Positions 23,722-32,356 of a stretch of 35,169 nt of DNA are shown here, in pieces. The DNA is from an uncultured Alistipes sp. (GTDB lineage: Bacteria; Bacteroidota; Bacteroidia; Bacteroidales; Rikenellaceae), in the NCBI GenBank assembly GCA_964633635.1, contig CAZWHN010000001.1:1-35169 (forward strand), in the 5' to 3' direction. The number at the start of each line of letters is the position of its first letter. Within the stretch, counting starts at the first letter, position 1. Under the pieces are notes generated by a model, which was not told where the DNA came from, did no database searches, and worked only from the letters and a program-made list of their open reading frames with translations. A program made the position numbers and the translations under genes.

Positions 23722-25902
23722 TTACTTTTTAGATGTTAAGCGTGAGTGTGCGCGTCTTACCTCGCGCTCTAACTCCTCCGACATACCTCCTCGCTCGAGC
23801 AGGCTCGCGCAGGTCGAGACGATCTTCTGCTTGTGTACCGACAGATCGAACCACGCCAACGCCTCGGCCATCAGCACACGAATTGTCTCGGGCTCGGTCT
23901 CGTCGGCAAGGATCGTGGTGAACTCATCGACATATTGGTGCAGCGGCTGATTCTTCAGCGCCGTGATGTAGAAGGGTCGCCAACGCGTCTCCTCACGATC
24001 GACGAAGTCCTTGCGCTTGGAGGGGTAGCCATCCTCGGTGCGGGTATCGACATATCGCATAATATCCTCCTTCATTCGGGCGGCGTCGTACATTGTCGAG
24101 CCTTCGAAACGGTTGTTGATGGCCTCGATCACCTTGTCGCGGTCGAACGATGCCAAGGCGAAGGTGTTCTGGAACATCACACGGGCCGAGTTGTGGTCGT
24201 TGATGTAGGAGTCGATCAGCAGCGGGATGAAATCCTCGTCGCCCTTCTGTCCCATTCGCGTGACGGCCAGACGGCGCGTGAACTCGAAGCTGTCGGTCGA
24301 GGCCTTCATCAATATCTTTTTGTAGTTCTCGTCGTCCAATCGCTCCGAGAGCATCATCGCCGTGCCACGCACGGTGGCGTAGGGTGACGACATATACTTA
24401 TCGAGCAGCACCTGCGATATGCCCTCGTAATCCTCCTCCAAAAGTCGAATCATCGCCAGCGACTGAACATCGGGCAGACGGTGGTCGAGCATCGCCGTCC
24501 AGTAGTCGTGATCCTTGCGCAGATAGTTGCGATTTAGGTCAAGCTCCCGCCCCTCCTTGCTTGCGAAGAAGAGCGTTGGATCGCCGTGGATGTGCGACTC
24601 GAGGATGTTGATGTGCTTGGCCCACACGCCTATGCGCACGCCGTAGCCCAGAAGTCCCATCAGGTCGTACGAGGTCTTGTCCTGCAACACATTCACACTG
24701 TTGGCCCAGCCGATGACGCAGTCGCCCTCCGAGAAGATGAACTTGCCGGCGATGAAGTCGTCGTTGCGGAAGTCGCCATTGAAGCAGGCGTCGAAGAACA
24801 CCATTCGGGCGTTGGGGCGTATCTCGTTGATCTCCTCGAGGATGATACCCGTGCGCAGGTCGAGGAGCGAATCCTTCTCCACCATTTCGGGCGAGTCATA
24901 GTTGGCATACCACGTCGAGTCCAATCCCCACTCATCGGCCAGCTTCTTTGCCGACTCACCCGAGCGTGCTGCCAGCGAGCGCAGACGCACCTCCATCTGC
25001 TCGATATGTTCGTCGGTCGAGGTGGTGAAGGGATCGCCCGATATGTACATACGGAAGTAGTCGCCGTGCTGGTGGAAGATCATAAAGTCGAGATCCTTGC
25101 GACGCAGGTCGCGGATGGCGTCGTACTTCATATATGGCTCCATCGTGAAACGCGAGAAACGGGCTGCATTGCGGTGAGAGAAGCGGTTGCCAAACTGCTC
25201 ACGCACAACCTGCTGCTCCGAGCGCCACGCCACCAGCGAGTTGGAGTGCGAGCCGCTACCCGTGAACGAGAGGAACTGATCGAGCTCGTTGCCCGAGCGA
25301 TGCTCGCGCACAGCCTTCTCGAGATAGGCCGCGATCTGGGCATAGGGGTCGCCATTGCTCTTCTGCGGCTTTAGGCGTGCCGAGTAGATGTCGCACTCGA
25401 TGTATTGGGGCGAGTGGGGCGACATAGCAAAGTAGTGCAGCAGCCCCTGCGAAGGCTCATCGAGACGGTCGAACACAAGGTCGAAGTCGTCGTAGTAACG
25501 ATCCGACGGCACCGAGCAATCAAAGAGCGGGTAGGTGCGCTCGTTCATCTTGAATGCCGTTGTGAGGTGCTGCGCCTTGGTGATCATCGCCACAGGTACG
25601 TCGCCCACCAGCACACAACCCTCGAGCGAATGCTCCTCGTAGAGCTGTCGCAGCTGCTCGCGCACCGCCTCGGGCTTCGACCACTCGTCGGCCACCACAA
25701 AGACGGGCAACCCCTCGCTCTCGATGGTCTGCTTGTAGAGCGCTATCTGCTCACGACACTTTTCGTAGGTCTTCGTGTCGGTTATGACGGCAAACGATGT
25801 CGCGCCCTCGATCGAGGGGCGGTCGATGTGCCGCGTCTGCCCCACGGCCATCAGTGCGAGCGATAGGAGCAGCGATAAAAGCGTTGTTTTACGAATCATC
25901 AT
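23722..25902 (-). CDS. Secreted C25 (gingipain)-like cysteine peptidase domain plus C-terminal HEAT repeats, paralogue B
   Basis: Signal peptide; GCVLVGD, SDRYYDD, FHQHGD, FFDACFNGDF and IHGDP motifs; repeats such as YATVRGTAM, FEFTRRLAV and TIRVLMAEALAW. Confidence 0.7.
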   Translation of the reverse strand: MMIRKTTLLSLLLSLALMAVGQTRHIDRPSIEGATSFAVITDTKTYEKCREQIALYKQTIESEGLPVFVVADEWSKPEAVREQLRQLYEEHSLEGCVLVGDVPVAMITKAQHLTTAFKMNERTYPLFDCSVPSDRYYDDFDLVFDRLDEPSQGLLHYFAMSPHSPQYIECDIYSARLKPQKSNGDPYAQIAAYLEKAVREHRSGNELDQFLSFTGSGSHSNSLVAWRSEQQVVREQFGNRFSHRNAARFSRFTMEPYMKYDAIRDLRRKDLDFMIFHQHGDYFRMYISGDPFTTSTDEHIEQMEVRLRSLAARSGESAKKLADEWGLDSTWYANYDSPEMVEKDSLLDLRTGIILEEINEIRPNARMVFFDACFNGDFRNDDFIAGKFIFSEGDCVIGWANSVNVLQDKTSYDLMGLLGYGVRIGVWAKHINILESHIHGDPTLFFASKEGRELDLNRNYLRKDHDYWTAMLDHRLPDVQSLAMIRLLEEDYEGISQVLLDKYMSSPYATVRGTAMMLSERLDDENYKKILMKASTDSFEFTRRLAVTRMGQKGDEDFIPLLIDSYINDHNSARVMFQNTFALASFDRDKVIEAINNRFEGSTMYDAARMKEDIMRYVDTRTEDGYPSKRKDFVDREETRWRPFYITALKNQPLHQYVDEFTTILADETEPETIRVLMAEALAWFDLSVHKQKIVSTCASLLERGGMSEELEREVRRAHSRLTSKK

Positions 25903-25911
25903 TTCTGTGGG

Positions 25912-27495
25912 TTAGAATGTGAGTCCTGCACGCACGAGCAGGGTAGAATAGTTTTCCATAGTGTGGCCGCCCAGCAGCTTCTCGTTGGGAGCCGAGTGGT
26001 TGTACCGTAGGTTAACGAAGAGTGCCGAACGCGAACCAAACAGCCCGCTGCGGGTGTACTCCACCTCGGCACCGAGTAGGTAGGCATCGGATGCGAGGTA
26101 GTGGTAGTCGCGCAGCACCATATTGCGGTAGATATCCGACTCGGCATAGTTGCCCGAGTAGGTGCGGTCGGCCTCGCGGTTGCGCTTGAGCTGCCCCTCC
26201 ACGCCTATCAGAATGGCGTTCTGTCCGAAGTGGAAGTTGCGCTTTAGGAAGAGTGAGAGGTAGAGATTTTCCACGTCCTGCGTCGAGCGGGGCAGGTAGT
26301 AGATGTCGCTCAGGCTCTCCATCTCAGCCTCGATGCCCGCCCACCAGCGGTAAGACTCCTTCAGTTTGTTCATATATTCCAACTTGGCCGTTGCTATCTT
26401 GCTCGAAAAGTTAGAGCGGATATTCTTCGAGATCACCACCCACTCCGACACCTCGAACGAGGGGTCGAAGACCTGCACATACTCGATGCCGTCGATGCTG
26501 CGATCACGGTAGTCGGCCTTGAGGTAGAGGGTGTTGTCGGTGTCAAGGTCGTAGCTCAGGCGAGCCTTCGCCTCCCACAGATTCTCCTTCGTCGTGCCGA
26601 TGATCTTGGGTGTGGTGTAGTCGTTGTTCACATCCTCGACGGTGAAGGTGTAGTCGCCCCCGACGAGCAGTCGCAGACGCTCCGATTGGTAGGAGTATTG
26701 TACCCCGCCACCCATCGCATTGGCGTTGTAGGCTCTCAGACCCGAGAATCCCGTACCTCCGACCTCGCCCGTCTGGTAGAATCCCGGAGCGACAACCTCC
26801 CACACGGGCTGCGTGATCAGGCTGATCGAGTTCGCTGCCGTGCCATCCTCACGACTTGACGAGTAGGTGTAGTTGGCTCCCACGGCGTGTCGGCCTGCGG
26901 TGAAGACCACCGAGGGGGTGATGGCAAACTTCGAGAGCTGCACATTGGGGCGCGGGTCGATCTGCTTGGCACCCTGCGAGTTCTGGTAATCCAGCCCTAC
27001 GCCCACAATCCAGTGGTTGGCCAGAATGGGCGATGCGGCCTTCATTCCGAGCTTGTAGTGCTGGTGGATCCAGTCGCTCACGTTCTGATCGGCGATGTAG
27101 AAGGGTGTGCCACGCAGCGGGTCGATGAGCGAGGCGTTGTAACGTGCCTCACGGATCTTGTCGTGCGAGTAGTCGAAGTAACCCCACAGGAAGATCCCCT
27201 TCAGATTCTCCATCTGCCCGCCGCCATCGGTCGAGAAGCCGTAGCTGTCGTTGTTGCGGCCACGCTGCGTGGGCTGGAAGTCGCCCTCGCTATGGTTGTA
27301 GCCGAGGCTGATCTGGCTGAATTGTTTGATCTGGTCGAGTTGTGCTCCTGCGGCGTTGTTGGTTGCGTCGAACCAGAAGCTCTCCATCTTCTTGCGCTCG
27401 ATGCTCTGCGGGGTGCTGTTCTGCGCCACGACAGAGGTCGAAGCCACAGCCGACAACACCATCATCAGAGCTATGGTATATCTGATATTTCTCAT
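25912..27495 (-). CDS. Outer-membrane beta-barrel protein (DUF6850-like)
   Basis: Signal peptide, alternating aromatic/Gly beta-strands, AKQIDPRP motif, C-terminal beta-signal RAGLTF; alternative start at 27507. Confidence 0.75.
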   Translation of the reverse strand: MRNIRYTIALMMVLSAVASTSVVAQNSTPQSIERKKMESFWFDATNNAAGAQLDQIKQFSQISLGYNHSEGDFQPTQRGRNNDSYGFSTDGGGQMENLKGIFLWGYFDYSHDKIREARYNASLIDPLRGTPFYIADQNVSDWIHQHYKLGMKAASPILANHWIVGVGLDYQNSQGAKQIDPRPNVQLSKFAITPSVVFTAGRHAVGANYTYSSSREDGTAANSISLITQPVWEVVAPGFYQTGEVGGTGFSGLRAYNANAMGGGVQYSYQSERLRLLVGGDYTFTVEDVNNDYTTPKIIGTTKENLWEAKARLSYDLDTDNTLYLKADYRDRSIDGIEYVQVFDPSFEVSEWVVISKNIRSNFSSKIATAKLEYMNKLKESYRWWAGIEAEMESLSDIYYLPRSTQDVENLYLSLFLKRNFHFGQNAILIGVEGQLKRNREADRTYSGNYAESDIYRNMVLRDYHYLASDAYLLGAEVEYTRSGLFGSRSALFVNLRYNHSAPNEKLLGGHTMENYSTLLVRAGLTF

Positions 27496-27519
27496 AATTA
27501 GAATCATTTAACGGTTAAA

Positions 27520-28800
27520 CTACTCTGCCCACGGGCTCCACGCGGGGCGCTTCACTTCGTGACGACGAATCACGGGCAGGTCGCACACCTCGAAGTCATC
27601 CGTCGAGTTGTTCGTATCTTGGAAGATGGGAGTCCCGTCCTCGCGGTAGGTGAAGACCTTGCGCGAGATGCTCTTGCCGTTGTAATAGCCATTGACCGAT
27701 GCTGCGCCCGAGTCGAGAATGCCTGGTATGCGCTTCATATCCAGATCGGCCGAGGTGGGGATGCACTCCACCGCGTCGAGTATATCGCCCACGGGGATGC
27801 GCACATACTCCTGACCGCTGCCACCCACTTCGGTCTGTGTGGTTACGCCCTTCTGCCAGTAGTCCGATCCGAACTCCAAGTTGCGACCTGGCTGGTAGAG
27901 CGCCATAGCCGATCCATCGACCGAGGTGAGCCACTGCATCTTGACGATGTAACCCGACCAGAATACATAGGGCAGATCGGGCACGTCGGGGTTGATGCGC
28001 TGCTCGTTGCCTGCCCAGCACTCCCAATCGGCCTTCGAGGTATCCACCACGCCAAAGCCTGCCCACGTCTCGATCTTGGTGTGGTCGGCAGCCTCCTGTG
28101 CCAGAATGACCGACTCGCCAGGCTGCAAGGGGTAGTCGTCGCCGTCGCCCTGAATCTGCCACAGCGTGGCGGCATAGGCGTAGCGTCCCACGCCATCCTC
28201 GGCGGGCCACTCGGGCAGGTTGGTGGTGGCGTAGAGGGGTGCTAAATGCGCCAGACAGATGTAGTCGAGATAGACCACCTCGTCGCCATTGTTGTAGATC
28301 TCGTAGAACTGATCGCGGAAGTAACCGCCCAGCGAGCCAGCGTAGTACATCTCGCGGATGCAGAGCGGCGAGCCGAGCAGCGGCTCGATCGAGATCGAGC
28401 GCGAGGCGTCGATCGACGAATTACTCTCGGTGAGCGAGACATTCTGTGCCAAGCCGTTGAGGATGTAGCTCTTGCCTTCGTACTTCTGGGTGCTGCGCAC
28501 GGTGATGTTGTAGATGCCGGGGATCAGATCCGCCTCGGCCAAGCCGTCGCGTCCTACCGTGACCTTCGACTCTATCCCCTCGGCGAAGTTGTTGAACGTA
28601 ACCTCTAAGTTTTCGTACCACTCGTCGGGTGCTACGGCCGATGTGCCGTCGGGTGCGGTGAAGTCCTTGATGTCGATTGCGTAGGCGATGCGGATCGGCT
28701 CAACAACCGCGGCATCGCGTGCGTCGTTCATCATCTCGGCACACGATGTTGCCAGAGCGAGTGCCGCCATTGCGGCTATGTAATATGTTCTCTTTCTCAT
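27520..28800 (-). CDS. DUF4876-like lipoprotein
   Basis: Lipobox ATSC; N-terminal Ig-like segment (LIPGIYNITV); IREMYYAG, DQFYEIYNN, LQPGESVILAQ, ILDAVE and QDTNNSTDDF motifs. Confidence 0.78.
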   Translation of the reverse strand: MRKRTYYIAAMAALALATSCAEMMNDARDAAVVEPIRIAYAIDIKDFTAPDGTSAVAPDEWYENLEVTFNNFAEGIESKVTVGRDGLAEADLIPGIYNITVRSTQKYEGKSYILNGLAQNVSLTESNSSIDASRSISIEPLLGSPLCIREMYYAGSLGGYFRDQFYEIYNNGDEVVYLDYICLAHLAPLYATTNLPEWPAEDGVGRYAYAATLWQIQGDGDDYPLQPGESVILAQEAADHTKIETWAGFGVVDTSKADWECWAGNEQRINPDVPDLPYVFWSGYIVKMQWLTSVDGSAMALYQPGRNLEFGSDYWQKGVTTQTEVGGSGQEYVRIPVGDILDAVECIPTSADLDMKRIPGILDSGAASVNGYYNGKSISRKVFTYREDGTPIFQDTNNSTDDFEVCDLPVIRRHEVKRPAWSPWAE

Positions 28801-28815
28801 TGTTGCGGGGTTTAA

Positions 28816-31623
28816 TTATTTGATCATAGCCGTGAGCGAAAGACCGAAGAAGAAGCTGTTGGCGTTGCGACGCACGAACGATCCCGGGTCTTTCGTACTC
28901 TCCCACAGCGGGGTGCTGCGGAAGGCGTTGTTGGCGTAGAACGAGATGCGCAGGTAATCCTTGATCTCCTTCGTGACGTTGAGATTCATACACAGGATGG
29001 GAGATTTATAGCTATCCTTTATATTGCGCTTTACGTCGAGATCCTTGCGGCGGTCGAGCATCTTGAACTCATCCTGGGCGAACATCTCTTCATTGAAATC
29101 GTACATCTTGCCATCCTTGGCCGAGATGTACATAATGGGCACCTCGTCGTTCTGGTAGAAGGCCCACGAATTCTCGCGCCACGTCACATTGGCCGTGGCC
29201 GTCACCACGAATCCGATCGAGGGGATGTTGTGCACCGCCTTCAGGTTGGTCGAGAGCGACTCGTAGAAGTTGTGTCGGTTGTGCGAATATACACCCATAT
29301 GGTCGGTGTTCGAGGCGGCATTGGCGCGGGCATACTCGTAGCCCTTGTTCCAGCTCTCGGTGCGGCTCCACACGCCGTCCAAGATGAAGCGGGTGCGGAT
29401 GGCGTCGATGCGTCCGAAATCGACCGAGAACTCCAGACCTCGAGTCTCGTAAGATGAGTTGTTGGTGGGGGTGGTGTGGTAGAGCAGCACCTTCTGGCGC
29501 GATGTCTCCGAGAGGGTGGGCAGCTCCTTCTCGTCGCTTCCGTAGGTGGCCGCATAGCGCACCATATCGACGCTATGGAAGGTCGAAGGGGTGTAGGTGA
29601 AAAGGTAGCCGTTGTCGCTGCTATCCTTGAACAGCGTCAGCGATCCTGCGATCTGTCCCGCCTGGAAATCCAATCCCACCTCGTACTTCTTGGTGGTGGC
29701 CATCTCCAGCTCCTCGTTCACGGTGCTGTATGCGTGTGTCGTTACCATCTGGAACTTCTGCTCATCCTTGGCGAAAGTCGATTGGCTGTTGTCGAAGTTG
29801 ACCATATCGAAGTAGGCATCCTGCGGATTGAGCATCTCGAGCGTAGGCGCCTTGGCCGTGATGCCGTAACCACCACGGATGGTCAGCGCACGGGGTATCA
29901 GCTCGAGTGAGGCGTTGATACGCGGTGCCACTACATCGTCGAAGTCGAGGATGTGGTCGTAGCGTACGCCCGCAACGATGTTGAGGTTGCGATCGGCAAA
30001 ACGCAGGTTGAACGACTCCTCGGCAAACAGGCCGATCGTGGTCATAAAGGGTATTTCGTCGTACGAGCGGTCGCGCTGCGTCTGGTAGTTATACGACGAG
30101 GAGCGCACGGGAGGACAATCCTCATCATAGACCTTGCCTCGACCACGGTTGCCGTCGTTGCGCACATCGGCACCAACCTTGATGAAGTGGGTCGTGGAGC
30201 CAGCCTCGCCCGCGAAGTTGGCAATCACTTGTGCGTAGGTGTTGTACTCACGACCGAAGATGTTGTAGCGATATATATATGTGTTGGGGGTCTTCAGCGC
30301 GTGGGCTCCGCCTTCGTTCTGGTTGAGCAGCGTGCCATCATCCATATATACCTTGCCACCTGGGGCGCTGTTGGTCACCTGACCGTCTCTCTTCGAAGTC
30401 GAGAAGGTGTATTCGGCATTCGCCGCCTGATCCTCGAAGGCGCTGTTCTTGTCGGTATAGGTGAACGATGCCACATACTTCAAATTGCTAAACCACCCCT
30501 TGTCCACCGAGATCGTGCCCTTGGTGTTGAGGCGGAAGCGATTCTCCTTCTGCAAGGCGTTGCGATGGTCGTTCGGATCGCCTGGTGTGGGACGGCTGCG
30601 GTCGCGGTAGAAACCTATCGAGGCGGTGGTGTTGGTGTACCACTTGCCGATGGTGTTGGTGTAACCGACCTGACCGTTCGTGCGCTCGTAGTGCGAGTAG
30701 CCCTCGGTGGGCTTGTACTGCGAGTAGGAGTAGTCGGCGCTGTAATTCAACGCTCCCGTCCTTTCGCCGATCTGTATGCCGTGCGTGGCCGATACTTGGT
30801 AGAGGTTGGGATTCATCGAGAGCTTCACGTTGAGCGGGGCGCGACCAGCCTTGGTGTTCACGATCACGGCACCCGATGCGATGTCGCCATACTCGACCGA
30901 GGCGATGCCTCGGATCACCTCCACCGACTCCACATTGTCGGTCGAGATCTGACGCATATCAATGCCCGAGGTGGGGGTTGCCATAGCCGCCTCGCCAGCA
31001 TTCTCAGCCGCGGCGAAGGCGTCGTGCCCAGCACCCATTGTCTGCATATTGGCGTTGTTCGACAGGGGCGAGCCATCCATAATCACAGCCGTGCCGAGGC
31101 TCGAGCCACCACGGATCGAGAAGCTCGACGCCTGACTCAGATTGAGCGTTCGTGTATCGGGCGTTGTGGCACCAGGCAAGAGGCTCATCACGTCGGCCAG
31201 CGACGAGGATTGAATGTGATCCATCGCCGTACGCGAGATGGTCGAGGCCGTTGCAGCGCCAGCCTTGCTGGCCGTGGCCGTTACAACCACATCCTCGACG
31301 TGGAAGTTGGCCTCCTGAAGTTCAAAACGACGGGTGTTGTCGCCCGCGTGGATCGAGATTGTCTGCTCGAGGGTCTCGTAGCCGAGGAACGAGATCTCGA
31401 TTCGATGCTCACCTGGCAGTAGGCGCACCTTGAACTCGCCCTTGCCATCGGTCATTGCCTGCACTCCCGCATCGGGGAAGTTCACCAGAGCGTACGCCAC
31501 ACCCTGATCGGTGTCGGCGACTGTGACAGTGGCCGTGAGCAAGGATTTTTCTTGAGCAAGCGCCGTGGCGGTGGCGGCGAAGGCCACCATCAGCGCAATG
31601 CAAAGTTGGGTTAAAATCTTCAT
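28816..31623 (-). CDS. TonB-dependent outer-membrane transporter with N-terminal carboxypeptidase-regulatory-like domain
   Basis: Signal peptide from ATG 31623; TDGKGEF...ISFLGYE; VEDVVVTA TonB box; plug motif GIDMRQISTDNVESVEVIRGIASVEYGD; AGVRYD and APRIN. Confidence 0.9.
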   Translation of the reverse strand: MKILTQLCIALMVAFAATATALAQEKSLLTATVTVADTDQGVAYALVNFPDAGVQAMTDGKGEFKVRLLPGEHRIEISFLGYETLEQTISIHAGDNTRRFELQEANFHVEDVVVTATASKAGAATASTISRTAMDHIQSSSLADVMSLLPGATTPDTRTLNLSQASSFSIRGGSSLGTAVIMDGSPLSNNANMQTMGAGHDAFAAAENAGEAAMATPTSGIDMRQISTDNVESVEVIRGIASVEYGDIASGAVIVNTKAGRAPLNVKLSMNPNLYQVSATHGIQIGERTGALNYSADYSYSQYKPTEGYSHYERTNGQVGYTNTIGKWYTNTTASIGFYRDRSRPTPGDPNDHRNALQKENRFRLNTKGTISVDKGWFSNLKYVASFTYTDKNSAFEDQAANAEYTFSTSKRDGQVTNSAPGGKVYMDDGTLLNQNEGGAHALKTPNTYIYRYNIFGREYNTYAQVIANFAGEAGSTTHFIKVGADVRNDGNRGRGKVYDEDCPPVRSSSYNYQTQRDRSYDEIPFMTTIGLFAEESFNLRFADRNLNIVAGVRYDHILDFDDVVAPRINASLELIPRALTIRGGYGITAKAPTLEMLNPQDAYFDMVNFDNSQSTFAKDEQKFQMVTTHAYSTVNEELEMATTKKYEVGLDFQAGQIAGSLTLFKDSSDNGYLFTYTPSTFHSVDMVRYAATYGSDEKELPTLSETSRQKVLLYHTTPTNNSSYETRGLEFSVDFGRIDAIRTRFILDGVWSRTESWNKGYEYARANAASNTDHMGVYSHNRHNFYESLSTNLKAVHNIPSIGFVVTATANVTWRENSWAFYQNDEVPIMYISAKDGKMYDFNEEMFAQDEFKMLDRRKDLDVKRNIKDSYKSPILCMNLNVTKEIKDYLRISFYANNAFRSTPLWESTKDPGSFVRRNANSFFFGLSLTAMIK

Positions 31624-31659
31624 ATAAAAACTAAATATTTGATCCTTAATTAGACGGGG

Positions 31660-31711
31660 CAAAGTAACACTTTTCCCATTTTACGCACAATCCCTAATTT
31701 TAGCGATTGTG
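31660..31711 (-). promoter_or_regulatory. Promoter of the TonB operon with an overlapping 26 bp palindrome
   Basis: TTACTTTG near-consensus -7 (31660-31667), TTG 20 bp upstream (31688-31690); CACAATCCCTAA-TT-TTAGCGATTGTG at 31686-31711. Confidence 0.55.
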
Positions 31712-31786
31712 GCTCGTCGACTAACTATTTTCTGCTATCGTGGGGAGAGTTTGGGCTATGGATGGGGCGGCCTAAAGGTCAATACC

Positions 31787-32356
31787 TTAGGCCTTCTCTT
31801 TCTCGCCTTCGCGGATGAGGTTGCACATACGCTCGCGCGCACGGTGAATTTGGGTCTTGACGGTGCCCATCGGCAGGCGCAGTTTCTCGGCGATCTCGTC
31901 GTAGGAGTAATCCTCCAGAAATCGCATCTTGAACAGGCGACGATACTGCTCGGGCAGGCACTCGATGTAGTGCTCGATCTGCGAGCGTTGTTGCAGGCTG
32001 ATGAGTCGCTCCTCGGGTGAGGGGGTGCTGGCCGCGGGGGCGGCAAACTTCTCGTCGATCGAGAGGTCCTCCTGACGACGACGCTCGAAGTCGATGTGGG
32101 TGTTGCGGGCGATGGTATAGACCCACTGCCCAAAGGTGTACTCGGCCGCATAACGGTGCAGATTGACATAGACCTTGATGAAGGTCTCCTGCAAGAGATC
32201 CTCCGTATCCTCGATCGAGGTTGAGCGCTGCAAAAACAGACGACGTATGGCATCGGAGTAGCGGTTGAAGAGGTACTCAAAAGCCATATCGTCGCCCGCG
32301 AGCGAGAGCTCGACAAGGCGCTTGTCGTCGGCAATTATGTAGTCGGCTATTTCCAC
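31787..32356 (-). CDS. ECF RNA polymerase sigma factor (SigW/RpoE-like)
   Basis: GDDMAFEYLFNRY, DLLQETFIKVY, WVYTIARN and SYDEIAEKLRLPMGTVKTQIHRAR motifs; GTG start overlapping the GT2 stop by 10 nt. Confidence 0.9.
   Translation of the reverse strand: MEIADYIIADDKRLVELSLAGDDMAFEYLFNRYSDAIRRLFLQRSTSIEDTEDLLQETFIKVYVNLHRYAAEYTFGQWVYTIARNTHIDFERRRQEDLSIDEKFAAPAASTPSPEERLISLQQRSQIEHYIECLPEQYRRLFKMRFLEDYSYDEIAEKLRLPMGTVKTQIHRARERMCNLIREGEKEKA

Noticed and set aside
18104..31623. TonB operon plus kdgK-eda-exuT as one pectin utilisation locus
   Set aside because: A terminator and a separate promoter divide them, and there is no SusD, lyase or glycoside hydrolase
28816..32356. ECF sigma next to a TonB transporter as a FecI/FecR/FecA-type signalling cascade
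   Set aside because: No FecR-like gene and no visible STN extension; the sigma is coupled to the GT2 gene. Read-through is not excluded because the hairpin at 31769-31793 lacks a U tract
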